From positions 1 to 63,046 of the IMG/VR virus record IMGVR_UViG_3300028891_000010: a stretch of DNA of 63,046 nucleotides. One strand, given 5' to 3'. Position numbers and translations under genes: made by a program. This document shows, in pieces, positions 39,444 to 48,362 of this stretch. The stretch is from a virus. Lineage: Duplodnaviria > Caudoviricetes. Numbering within the stretch: position 1 is the stretch's first letter; each line of letters opens with the position of its first letter. Below the pieces are notes generated by a model. It saw only the letters and a list, made by a program, of their open reading frames with translations, had not been told where the DNA came from and ran no database searches.

Positions 39444-39919
39444 AACCCTAGATATCTGTTTAAACTCATATCTACATAACGATCAAAATGCTCTGTTAAC
39501 CATACCTCTCCAAAATAAGTAAAATGAAGACCTCTCTTATAGAATCCCCTTGCTCTCTTAGCGTAAACTACCTCTCCCGTAGGAGTTGTCCATTTCATAA
39601 CTTTTTTACGTCTTGGAAATCTTATAGGTATAGTAGCATCCACATCTGCATAAAAAGAATACCATAGTTTAGACCATATACGAAGGTATACTGCAGGACC
39701 TGATTGTATTCTAGTAGATACTCTAAAAGAGTCTCTTAAGTGAGGCCTCTTCAGGTGGCTAACAGGTATTATTTGTTTTAGATATAGTTTGTAGCAGTCG
39801 TGGCCCAATCGAGAAACATCATGTCTTAACTTTCCACAGAAAGAGAACATACCTCGAGAAAATAACCACTTTAATCTTTTCAGCTGTACGTCTTTAATTT
39901 TCAAATCTACTTGCAGCAT
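39440..39919 (-). CDS. neck/tail-completion protein (HK97 gp10-like)
   Basis: Basic; HLRDSF, IRFPRRKKVMKW..VVYAKR; synteny. Confidence 0.6.
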   Translation of the reverse strand: MLQVDLKIKDVQLKRLKWLFSRGMFSFCGKLRHDVSRLGHDCYKLYLKQIIPVSHLKRPHLRDSFRVSTRIQSGPAVYLRIWSKLWYSFYADVDATIPIRFPRRKKVMKWTTPTGEVVYAKRARGFYKRGLHFTYFGEVWLTEHFDRYVDMSLNRYLGL

Positions 39920-40248
39920 TATTCCACCTTAACTATATATATTTTTAAATGATGCTGTCTTCCTCCATCATCCTCCACAGCAACTACCAGATACTGCTTA
40001 TTATCTATTTCAATTACATCATCAGGATCTATATCGGTTCTATAATCGCAGTAAACTACTTTAGTGATTACGTACGTTTTACCTGCTCTTTTGATTTCCA
40101 ACGACTCTCTTAGAGGCTGTACGGCGCATTTTAGAGATGATATAGATTCACTTAAAGTAAAAGATCGCTCTCCAAACTCATTAACAGAGCCTTTAGATTT
40201 AGTATAAACTTTAGCTGTTTTATTTAATAATTTACTACTTACTCCCAT
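39919..40248 (-). CDS. head closure protein (SPP1 gp16-like)
   Basis: NEFGE..DIDPDDVIEIDNKQYLV..HHLKI. Confidence 0.75.
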   Translation of the reverse strand: MGVSSKLLNKTAKVYTKSKGSVNEFGERSFTLSESISSLKCAVQPLRESLEIKRAGKTYVITKVVYCDYRTDIDPDDVIEIDNKQYLVVAVEDDGGRQHHLKIYIVKVE

Positions 40249-40835
40249 TAGTATACTTCAGATACGTTTCCACCCTTTTTAACTAGCATACATAAATAAT
40301 CCACCCACTCATCCAAAGATTTGAATTTAGATGCTTTAATGTTAGCATATTTTACTGCATAATCTCCTATTTTTTCAGATACTATAGTTTGGGACGATAT
40401 AGCTTTATCTGGTCTTAATGAGTAGTATTGGTTTACTGTTAAAACTATTAAAAAGAGCTTTACTATGCTAGTAACATTTTCAGAAGTCCATCCTATTTTA
40501 AAAGTAACTTTTACAGTGTAATTTTCTTTCAATTTAGTATCAAATATTATTATACCTTCATTTTTAATAACTCTATACTCGGTAGATTCTATAGTTTCTT
40601 CATCTGCACTAGCTGATGTTTTATAACTAATTGATTCTATACTGGTTATGGGATATAAATCAAGCCTTAAAATATCTGTATCTTCGTAAATAAAAAACTC
40701 TTGAGTTCTAGTTTCTTCTTCTAAGAAACCTAACATAGCTTTAGCTTGTGCTTCTGCATAAGGTATTAAAGAGTCTAAAGCTGAATCTGTTAAGCCTGTG
40801 ATATTGGTAATATCAGATAGAGTTATTAAGTTCAT
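40248..40835 (-). CDS. head-tail connector protein
   Basis: LITLSDI, YPITSIESI, VSEKIGDYAVKY. Confidence 0.75.
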   Translation of the reverse strand: MNLITLSDITNITGLTDSALDSLIPYAEAQAKAMLGFLEEETRTQEFFIYEDTDILRLDLYPITSIESISYKTSASADEETIESTEYRVIKNEGIIIFDTKLKENYTVKVTFKIGWTSENVTSIVKLFLIVLTVNQYYSLRPDKAISSQTIVSEKIGDYAVKYANIKASKFKSLDEWVDYLCMLVKKGGNVSEVY

Positions 40836-41341
40836 TATTTCCTCCTCGTATTATTGGTAAACAACCAATAAGGAATAAATTTGTAATCTAGCTTACCTTT
40901 TAATATTAGCTCTTTTAAAAACAAATTAAAATTATCTGATTTGCAGTTTTTCACATCTTTTGATAAGAATATAAACAGTCCAGAATCTGCTAATCGATAA
41001 TTATCGAAACTTAATTTATTATTTTTAATAGACCAAGTCTTAGAACCTTTTAATTTTTTTAAAAAAACTATACTTTTATTAGTATTCCTGTAAGTATTAA
41101 GAAGTTCTTTATAGGAAGAAGGAGGAAAAATACGCAAACCAAAACTAACTGCAAACTTATCAAATACCTCTGCATGCTCTCTTATTCTTTTCATAGTATC
41201 TTTTATTTCGCATCTTTCGTACTGATTGTCTTTAAAACGAGCATATACTTTAACGAAATCACCTTTTAAATAATCAGATAACTTACGCCCTAAAAGATAT
41301 GATTTAATATCCTTTTCGTTTAAAAACACCAACAAAACCAT
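40835..41341 (-). CDS. degenerate sugar-phosphate nucleotidyltransferase-like protein
   Basis: FAVSFG..DSGLFIF..GKLDY..YW resembles the C-terminal half of NTP transferases. Confidence 0.35.
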   Translation of the reverse strand: MVLLVFLNEKDIKSYLLGRKLSDYLKGDFVKVYARFKDNQYERCEIKDTMKRIREHAEVFDKFAVSFGLRIFPPSSYKELLNTYRNTNKSIVFLKKLKGSKTWSIKNNKLSFDNYRLADSGLFIFLSKDVKNCKSDNFNLFLKELILKGKLDYKFIPYWLFTNNTRRK

Positions 41342-41356
41342 ACAACCTCTCCCTTA

Positions 41357-41366
41357 AATTGAAAAC
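41357..41366 (-). promoter_or_regulatory. late-gene motif GTTTTCAATT
   Basis: Just upstream of the SD of the gene starting at 41341. Confidence 0.65.
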
Positions 41367-43024
41367 TATACTTTACTATAAAAAACTCTATGAAGATGTT
41401 TAATACTATTTATAGCGTTAAGACTAGTATCACCTATATAGTTTGGATCAATAGGTCTAAAGCCTTCTATAGAAAAGTGATAATCCCACCATTCTTTAGG
41501 CTTTAAGTTAATGTGAGTTTTGTCTATATCGTTATCAGCCTTTGCTATTTGATTTTCGTAGCCTAATACTAGAAACAGATATAACAAACATCCTTTTTTA
41601 CACACTCGTTTAAGTTCTTTTACAAGTAATGGTACTAATTCTGTTGGTAAATGCTCTAAAACTTGCTGAGAATAAATCAGGTCAAAATAGTTATCGGGAA
41701 ACATACGAAGGTCATGTATTGAAGAAACAAATAATTTATTTTTTAAATTTAGTTTTTCTTTTCCTACTTCAATAGCATACTTAGATATATCAACTCCTAT
41801 AAAATCTTTGTTTCTCTTATTCACTAAATAAACAAAATAACCTCCACCACAACCTAGCTCTAACCCTCGCTTAAAAGGGACTTTAGATATCATATCCGCT
41901 AAAACTTTTTGTACTTCGGTTTTAACTACTGCGTTACTATAATTAGATTTAGTCTTTCGAGTCCAGTACTCCCTATCAAAATAACTAGTTATTTCTTGAA
42001 GTTTGTTGTGCCCATACTTGGCTTGAAGATGTCTATAAAAAAAAGATATAAAAAGCTTTTCACAGTCCTTTAGCTTACTCTCGTTTATAGTAGCTCTTTC
42101 AAAGCTGCATTGTAATGGGTTGTTTAAAAAATCTTTGAACTTATATACTTTAAGACCTAAGTATTCTAATATGGTAGATCTACTATCTATTAGAATGTGA
42201 ATGGTAGGTACTCCAAACACAGTAGCTAGAACAGAACCATGAACTCTAAGAGATATTACCTGATTAGCATGAGAATATAATTTAACTAAAGATTTAGGAT
42301 CATTTACACATATAATATCTGGAAAATACTGCTTAAATATATAGTAATCAGTTAAATCATGTGCTATGTGTAAAATAGGTCTAGTTCTATCCAGTTTCTG
42401 AGATAGTATTTTTAAACTCTTTGTAATTCTACTATTCCACTTCCCTAGATTTTTTACTACCACTAAGTTAACAGACTTATTTTCAAATTTAATACCGTAA
42501 TAAAAGGGAGTATAACATACAGAATCATAAAGTAAAAAGTTTTGTATGTCACATTCATCTAAAATTTGTTTGGTTATGGGGCTCCTAGAAATTATCAAAT
42601 CATATACATTAAAGTTTCCTTGTATAAAGTCTCTATGACTGCCTACTATAGTATTGATATTTTTATAGTTCACGGAATCTTGATTTACTATACCTATCCA
42701 TAAGTTAGCGATTCTTTTATTGATTTTCTTAGCTAATCGAAGTTTATCGTAAAAAGGCCTGTTAAAATATACAGGTATTTTATGACTTAGCTGAGGAGTA
42801 CCACATAGTATAATATAATCAATATCCTCTATAAGTTTTAACCACTCGTTATTATCCATTTTGTACACATTAAAAATATTAGCATATCGAAATATAGGAA
42901 AATTGCAGAGCTCTTTTTCTGCTTGTAGTATTAAATATTCTATACCTTTACCTATTAGAATGTCTCCTGGATTTGGATTTTCATAACTAGTATCTGTGAT
43001 TAATAAATATTTTCTAATATTCAT
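41366..43024 (-). CDS. polysaccharide pyruvyltransferase-like domain fused to class I SAM methyltransferase
   Basis: NPGDILI, GTPQ, SLRVHGSVLATVFGVP; LELGCGGG, GVDIS, FDLIYSQQVLEH. Confidence 0.8.
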   Translation of the reverse strand: MNIRKYLLITDTSYENPNPGDILIGKGIEYLILQAEKELCNFPIFRYANIFNVYKMDNNEWLKLIEDIDYIILCGTPQLSHKIPVYFNRPFYDKLRLAKKINKRIANLWIGIVNQDSVNYKNINTIVGSHRDFIQGNFNVYDLIISRSPITKQILDECDIQNFLLYDSVCYTPFYYGIKFENKSVNLVVVKNLGKWNSRITKSLKILSQKLDRTRPILHIAHDLTDYYIFKQYFPDIICVNDPKSLVKLYSHANQVISLRVHGSVLATVFGVPTIHILIDSRSTILEYLGLKVYKFKDFLNNPLQCSFERATINESKLKDCEKLFISFFYRHLQAKYGHNKLQEITSYFDREYWTRKTKSNYSNAVVKTEVQKVLADMISKVPFKRGLELGCGGGYFVYLVNKRNKDFIGVDISKYAIEVGKEKLNLKNKLFVSSIHDLRMFPDNYFDLIYSQQVLEHLPTELVPLLVKELKRVCKKGCLLYLFLVLGYENQIAKADNDIDKTHINLKPKEWWDYHFSIEGFRPIDPNYIGDTSLNAINSIKHLHRVFYSKV

Positions 43025-44346
43025 AGCTTTTTAAGATATTTAACGATTGTTTCTGGTTTAATTGACCTCATACAAGCGTCTTTAATTCTATTACATAGGC
43101 ATTTATCAGGATCTATGCTTTGACGATCATCACATTTAAAGCAAGGTACACTAGGTCTAATAGGTATGCAATTTTCATAAGTAGAGCATCTCCATTCTGG
43201 TCTAATAGGTCCAAATAAAGCTACTGTTTTTTTATCAAATGCTCCTGCTATATGTAAAACACTAGTATCTACTGTTATAACGTAATCTGCTTGTTTTACT
43301 ATAGCAAATAGCTGTCTTATATTAGTTTTTTTCTGTAAATTAATACAGTTATGAAAATCAAATTCTTGCGTTCCTACTACTATGGGAGTGTAACCTTCTG
43401 ATTTCAGTAAGTTAATAAGTTGTTGAGTTAAATCTGAAGGATACGTTCTGTTGGAACCTACTGCGTACCAACATATAGCAACTGTGTTTTTGTAGTTTTT
43501 TAGTAAATCCCTAGCATGTTCTTTTTCTTCGTCGCTGAGTACTATAATTGGTTTTTTAATCAGTAAGTCTTTGGGATTTAAACCACATAAATAAGCTGTC
43601 GAATAAATTCTATGTTGCCTATTATAAAACTGTTTATAATTGCTTAACCGATATGATAATATAACAAAGCTGTGATATTGATGGATAGGAACATCTTGTC
43701 TTAAATAATAAACTTTGTCTATAAAGTCTAAATTATCAAAAATACACATTCTATTTCTATCCACTATATAGGAAACTTTCCAACCTTTCTTATGCAGTGT
43801 ATAAGCAGCAGGTAAAGACATTAATACGTCTCCTAATCCGTCAAAGGTTTCTATTAAAAAGCGTTTGTTTTGTTTTAGGTCTTTTTTAATAGATTGTAAC
43901 ATAGGTAATTCGTCTGGAGATTTAATCACTGGTAAGATAAAGCCCCAGTGGGTAGCAAATAGTTTAGCTACCTGTCTAGCTCTTGGAGTGTCATTACTAA
44001 AAACAGCTTTAAAAACAGCTGGGTTTTTAAACAATAAATGAGAAAACCATCTAAAATCCGTTTCTATATAAATTATATTATCGTGAATTATACGATTATC
44101 AGGAAGTTTAGTGCAGACGTATATTATTCCTATATTGCGTCTTAAGATAGATTTGATAAATTTAACATCTAATTTTTTACCATAGTGGTGAAATCCAAAA
44201 CCCACTATATAATAATCGCAGTCTAAAGGTAGGAATACAGAAGTTCCTGTACTGGCATATAAGAACTTATGATTTGTAACGGATTTATAATAAGTAGTAA
44301 CTGTATGCCAATTTGGATTATGAGCTAAATATAAAATGGGAGACAT
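43021..44346 (-). CDS. glycosyltransferase family 9
   Basis: GLGDVLMSLP, RTYP, ITVDTSVLHIAGAFDKKTVALFGP, CM.SI. Confidence 0.85.
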   Translation of the reverse strand: MSPILYLAHNPNWHTVTTYYKSVTNHKFLYASTGTSVFLPLDCDYYIVGFGFHHYGKKLDVKFIKSILRRNIGIIYVCTKLPDNRIIHDNIIYIETDFRWFSHLLFKNPAVFKAVFSNDTPRARQVAKLFATHWGFILPVIKSPDELPMLQSIKKDLKQNKRFLIETFDGLGDVLMSLPAAYTLHKKGWKVSYIVDRNRMCIFDNLDFIDKVYYLRQDVPIHQYHSFVILSYRLSNYKQFYNRQHRIYSTAYLCGLNPKDLLIKKPIIVLSDEEKEHARDLLKNYKNTVAICWYAVGSNRTYPSDLTQQLINLLKSEGYTPIVVGTQEFDFHNCINLQKKTNIRQLFAIVKQADYVITVDTSVLHIAGAFDKKTVALFGPIRPEWRCSTYENCIPIRPSVPCFKCDDRQSIDPDKCLCNRIKDACMRSIKPETIVKYLKKL

Positions 44347-44370
44347 TAAAACTCCTTCTACTTTTATGTC

Positions 44371-44391
44371 AAAAACCTCCTAACGGAGGTT
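44371..44391 (-). terminator. intrinsic terminator after the major capsid gene
   Basis: Minus strand AACCTCC-GTTA-GGAGGTT running into a T tract, 8 nt after the capsid stop. Confidence 0.75.
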
Positions 44392-44399
44392 ACTTATTT

Positions 44400-45386
44400 T
44401 TATGAATTAGGATTATACAGAGCAACTATTCCTTCATAAGTTCCAGAAGAGTTTTTCAAAACAGGTTTAAAATCTACTTCTTCAGCAATAATGATTCTCT
44501 TCTTGAACTCGTCAACTAAATCTTTTGTTCTGAAAGCCACATTCTTCCTAATTCCAATGATGAAAGCATCTTTTCTAACTAACACTGCACAGTTTCCAGC
44601 ATACTTATCGTCAAGATATGTGGTCTCTAAAACTTTAACTCCTAAAATCGGAGGTAGATGTCCTGTCTTCAAAACATCAGTATCTACACGATACTCTTGA
44701 CTGTAGACTCTATCAGTCTTTCTTAAGTTAGTAGCAAACTTAGAACCACATACCAACACTAAATTCACTGGCTCTTTTCCGTAAACTCCCAGAGCATTCT
44801 TAGCATCTGCGATCTTATCTACTAAATTATCAGAGCTAGAAAAAGTAATTGGAGATGTGGCCGCTGCTAAGGTTCCCTCTCCCTTAGCTACTGTCCAGAT
44901 ACCATCGAAAGCTTTATCATATGTCTGATTCCCAGATGCATAAACTCCTTTAATCATGGCGATCTCTTCAGCAGCCGCTAACTGAGTAGTTAATGTCTGT
45001 CTGATGTATTTAGCCAAGTCCACGATTGCTGTTTCGAGATCATCTTCAATAACATCAACATAAGCTACTAAGAGTCTAGGAGTTAAGATTACTGAACCAG
45101 TGCTGAATGTTTGCTCATTAAGAGCAGATGCAATGCTAGTCCCATACCCTATAGTCTTAACGTTATTAGAACCGTAAGTAAGCACAGGAATAGTAAGGTT
45201 TCTAGCACTCTTAGGAACCTGAATGCTAGGAAACAAACGTCTGATGATATTTTTCTCTTTAATCTCCTCAATAACCTTCTTAGCTATGGGGCGAGGAAGA
45301 TCATCACCACTAGGAGAATCCAACTGACCTAAATCATCTGCTTTAATTAAATCCAATAATTTTTTCTCAAGATCCTTTTTATTCAT
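44400..45386 (-). CDS. major capsid protein (HK97 fold)
   Basis: 328 aa; LP.PIA..VIE.I; LAAAEEIAMIKG; FDGI; follows the protease; SD AGGAGGTG. Confidence 0.9.
   Translation of the reverse strand: MNKKDLEKKLLDLIKADDLGQLDSPSGDDLPRPIAKKVIEEIKEKNIIRRLFPSIQVPKSARNLTIPVLTYGSNNVKTIGYGTSIASALNEQTFSTGSVILTPRLLVAYVDVIEDDLETAIVDLAKYIRQTLTTQLAAAEEIAMIKGVYASGNQTYDKAFDGIWTVAKGEGTLAAATSPITFSSSDNLVDKIADAKNALGVYGKEPVNLVLVCGSKFATNLRKTDRVYSQEYRVDTDVLKTGHLPPILGVKVLETTYLDDKYAGNCAVLVRKDAFIIGIRKNVAFRTKDLVDEFKKRIIIAEEVDFKPVLKNSSGTYEGIVALYNPNS
45285..45344 (-). repeat. capsid N-terminal segment KADDLGQLDSPSGDDLPRPI, second copy at 49850-49909
   Basis: 20 bp identical (45325-45344 vs 49890-49909); 14 of 20 residues identical. 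Confidence 0.9.
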
Positions 45387-45408
45387 TTATATGCACCTCC
45401 TTTCAAGA

Positions 45409-45936
45409 TTACTTTCTCTGTATGTATTTTAAGAACAGTTCGTCTACGTCCTCTTCGCTCTCTTTTTTCTCTTCTTTTTTAATGTCTTCTTTCTTAATAA
45501 CAGATTTCTTTTCGGCTACGACCTCTATTGTTTTAACCTTCTCTTTAACCAACTTAATTAAATCATCTAACTTTTTAGAAATTTCTGCAGTAGCTTCTCC
45601 TAGCTTATCCAGCTTCTCAAGTATGTCTTTACCATAGTAGTAATAATAAGGTTTAGTTGCATCTTCTTCCTTTTTTTCTTCTAGTAAGTCTTTAATTTCC
45701 TCTTCAGATAAATCTTTGTTTTCTTCTTCATCCTTGTTGCCTGTATCTTCTGATTCCTGCTTCTCCTCTTCGTGTTTTGAATCTTCTTGTTTGTGCTCTT
45801 CTTTTTTCTCTTGCTCTTCATCCTTAGATTCGTTTTCCTTAGTCTCAATTTCTTTCTTTTCTTCTGTATCCTTTTTTTCCTCTTCCTCTTGTGTTTGCTC
45901 TAATTGTTTCTGTTCTAATTTTTCCTTATCTCCCAT
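45409..45936 (-). CDS. nested scaffold protein from an internal in-frame start
   Basis: AAAGGAGGTGAAGGT-ATG at 45936, in frame with the protease. Confidence 0.6.
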   Translation of the reverse strand: MGDKEKLEQKQLEQTQEEEEKKDTEEKKEIETKENESKDEEQEKKEEHKQEDSKHEEEKQESEDTGNKDEEENKDLSEEEIKDLLEEKKEEDATKPYYYYYGKDILEKLDKLGEATAEISKKLDDLIKLVKEKVKTIEVVAEKKSVIKKEDIKKEEKKESEEDVDELFLKYIQRK

Positions 45937-46488
45937 ACCTTCACCTCCTTTATATAGATTCTCTAAGGCCTTTACCAATGACAATACTCGTGCTCCTGGA
46001 TTAGCTGGAACTCCTACAAAGGAAACCTCGTACAGTTCAATCTTTTTAATAACATGAATTTTATCAAAAGGACAGTCTTTATCAACCAAACCTCTCCTAA
46101 TAGCTTCATCTTTAGTAATAGTCTCATCGTCTATTACTCTCCCACCGATAGAAAGCTTACTAATAATACCTTCTTTAAGTTTAATTCTCAATTCCTTAGC
46201 CCAGGAACTTATAAATATTTTAAGTTTAAGGCCGATATCATCAACTGTGGATTCTACTATTCTTCCTACTGCGTTTTTTAAATCATAATTATGACCATAA
46301 AAAGCTGTGCTATTTACATTAACTAAATGTTTAGAGGCTTCTCTCAAAGCATCTGCAATTATGATATCACCTTGTCTATCTAGTGCAGTAGTAGATGCAT
46401 AGCACTCTACGTAAAAATCAGTATCTTCTGTACCTTCTGACTTTAATATATCAGCATAAAATTTAAATATCTTTTTAGACCTAATCAT
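45409..46488 (-). CDS. HK97-type prohead protease fused to acidic scaffold
   Basis: YASTTALDRQGD, YGHN, LSIGG, LYEVSFVGVPANP; Glu/Lys-rich C-terminus. Confidence 0.9.
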   Translation of the reverse strand: MIRSKKIFKFYADILKSEGTEDTDFYVECYASTTALDRQGDIIIADALREASKHLVNVNSTAFYGHNYDLKNAVGRIVESTVDDIGLKLKIFISSWAKELRIKLKEGIISKLSIGGRVIDDETITKDEAIRRGLVDKDCPFDKIHVIKKIELYEVSFVGVPANPGARVLSLVKALENLYKGGEGMGDKEKLEQKQLEQTQEEEEKKDTEEKKEIETKENESKDEEQEKKEEHKQEDSKHEEEKQESEDTGNKDEEENKDLSEEEIKDLLEEKKEEDATKPYYYYYGKDILEKLDKLGEATAEISKKLDDLIKLVKEKVKTIEVVAEKKSVIKKEDIKKEEKKESEEDVDELFLKYIQRK

Positions 46489-46508
46489 AGTGCTACACCT
46501 CCTCCTAA

Positions 46509-46518
46509 TATTGAAAAC
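46509..46518 (-). promoter_or_regulatory. late-gene motif GTTTTCAATA upstream of prohead protease
   Basis: Followed by SD AGGAGGAGGTG. Confidence 0.7.
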
Positions 46519-46523
46519 TTGGT

Positions 46524-48362
46524 CTAAATATGGAAATTTAAATATTTATATAAACTACTATATATTAACTCTACGTCTTCCAAAAGTATAATATCTATAT
46601 TTTTCTTTTTGCCTCCAAAGTAGTGTTCTTCATACTCTCTTTGCTTCTTTTCTTTAGGCTTATAACATATCCAAATTCTCCTACCTCCTATAGGAGCATA
46701 CATAAATACTATCCAGTCATTAAGAAGTTTTCCTTTAAATTTAAATAATTTAAAATGTCTTCCGTGAGGAGAAGTCTGCCTTCCTGCAAACCACTCTCCA
46801 TAATCATGTCTCCAGAAGAAAGCATATGCATTAGGAGTGCTTCCTATACTATTTGGTGAAACTACAAATGGTTCTTTTGCTCCTATATTTAGCCAACTAT
46901 TATGTACTACAAGCAAACCTGTTAAAAAGCTTTCATCCTCTTCTACCTGAAAATCGTAAAGTCTGATAGAAGTTTTGGAATTGTTCTCTAAGCTTTTTTT
47001 ATTGATAGAATAATACCAGAAATTCTCATCTTCTTCTTTTGGAGAGCTATAAGAACATACTTTTTTGTGAAACTCTACTATGTACGTTGTGTGTTTAGGA
47101 ATTATGGTATGTTTTTTATTAAGTCTGATAATCTCATTTGTATGTTTGGTATCTATTTTTCTTAATGTTGGATAATAACCTAAGCGCATTCCTATATACA
47201 ACACTTGCCCTATTAGATGTCTAGAAACTGATGTGTAACTATAAGCATCGTAAGTTTTGATGTTTTTCAACTTAGTCCCGTCGCTATCCATTAAACCTTT
47301 AAAAACAGCTTTTAGTTTATTATCAGGTAAATATAAAACCCACGAAGGTAGTTTTTTGAACCAAGATTTATATCCTAATCTATGAAGTTCTTCTTTAGAA
47401 GCACAATAGCAGTTCTCCTTTAACCACGTTACTAAACCTGAATCATAAAAACGTAAACTAGGATTTGTATTATAACAGACTCCTACATGATCTACTTTGA
47501 ACAGTTTTTTAGTTAGTTGTATAAGTTTATTAGCCTCATCTGTATTAGCACATTCTATACTAACTCCATGGCTTGCCATGTAAGTAGAACTTTTGCTAGA
47601 GATATTATGCGATGTGCTTACGTGACCATCTCCCACATAAAAACCTAACCAATAGCAGAAGTCTTCATTCACTGGAACTCTTTTAGTATATCCTGGAGGT
47701 ATAGTTAATTCTATATAATTAACATCTTTTATTTCAGGTTTAGGTTTAGGTAACAATAGTAAATCTTTGCTAGGACTAATCTCTCTTTCTAATTTTAAAC
47801 CATCTTTGGTAAATATACGGTGGTTGTTAAAATATATAGCAAAGTTACTACCATCAGGTTTTATATAGCAAAATCTATTTGATACTCCTTTTTCCATTAC
47901 TTTATCTTTAAACTGATTTCCAGGAGTAGTCCAGTGGCCTCCTTCAAAGTAAGAAGCTAGTTTTTTCTTTTTAGGATCTGTATAAGGAACTAGTCTTAAG
48001 TCTTGATGTATGCTTACTGGATCTAATAAAGCTATGATGTGTTTGATTTCTTTAGGTAAAGATTTAAATTTTTCTTCGTCTTTTAGTACTTTATCAATTA
48101 ATTTAGTTAGTTTCTTAGAACTTTTACCTTCTTGAGAGGCTTCTTTTATAGCTGATTTCCAGGAAAAGTTATAGTGTTTTTCAACTTTTTCTATTTTATT
48201 ACTATCTAAAAAATAATCTCTATCTAAACCAAACTTTTTCATATCAGATTTAGTAATATAGTCTATTAATTCAACTCTTACGCCACGTATATGAGTCTGA
48301 ACACAGTATTTTCCTGTCATGCCTTCTTCAATTGTCCATTGACCTGTATTTACTTTTATCAT
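46524..48362 (-). CDS. LigD 3'-phosphoesterase-like protein containing an intein
   Basis: VQTHIRG, IHQDLRL, HWT, DYGEW, FKFKGKLL..W follow the LigD PE motif order; central intein motifs. Confidence 0.6.
   Translation of the reverse strand: MIKVNTGQWTIEEGMTGKYCVQTHIRGVRVELIDYITKSDMKKFGLDRDYFLDSNKIEKVEKHYNFSWKSAIKEASQEGKSSKKLTKLIDKVLKDEEKFKSLPKEIKHIIALLDPVSIHQDLRLVPYTDPKKKKLASYFEGGHWTTPGNQFKDKVMEKGVSNRFCYIKPDGSNFAIYFNNHRIFTKDGLKLEREISPSKDLLLLPKPKPEIKDVNYIELTIPPGYTKRVPVNEDFCYWLGFYVGDGHVSTSHNISSKSSTYMASHGVSIECANTDEANKLIQLTKKLFKVDHVGVCYNTNPSLRFYDSGLVTWLKENCYCASKEELHRLGYKSWFKKLPSWVLYLPDNKLKAVFKGLMDSDGTKLKNIKTYDAYSYTSVSRHLIGQVLYIGMRLGYYPTLRKIDTKHTNEIIRLNKKHTIIPKHTTYIVEFHKKVCSYSSPKEEDENFWYYSINKKSLENNSKTSIRLYDFQVEEDESFLTGLLVVHNSWLNIGAKEPFVVSPNSIGSTPNAYAFFWRHDYGEWFAGRQTSPHGRHFKLFKFKGKLLNDWIVFMYAPIGGRRIWICYKPKEKKQREYEEHYFGGKKKNIDIILLEDVELIYSSLYKYLNFHI
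46899..47905 (-). mobile_element. LAGLIDADG intein, N-terminal block A not recognisable
   Basis: Block B NNHRIFT, C WLGFYVGDG, E FKGLMDSDG, H TSVSRHLI, F LYDFQVE, G VVHN|S. Upstream boundary approximate. Confidence 0.85.

Noticed and set aside
45422-46281. Ser/Phe-rich + strand ORFs
   Set aside because: Antisense shadows of the Glu/Lys-rich scaffold and protease.
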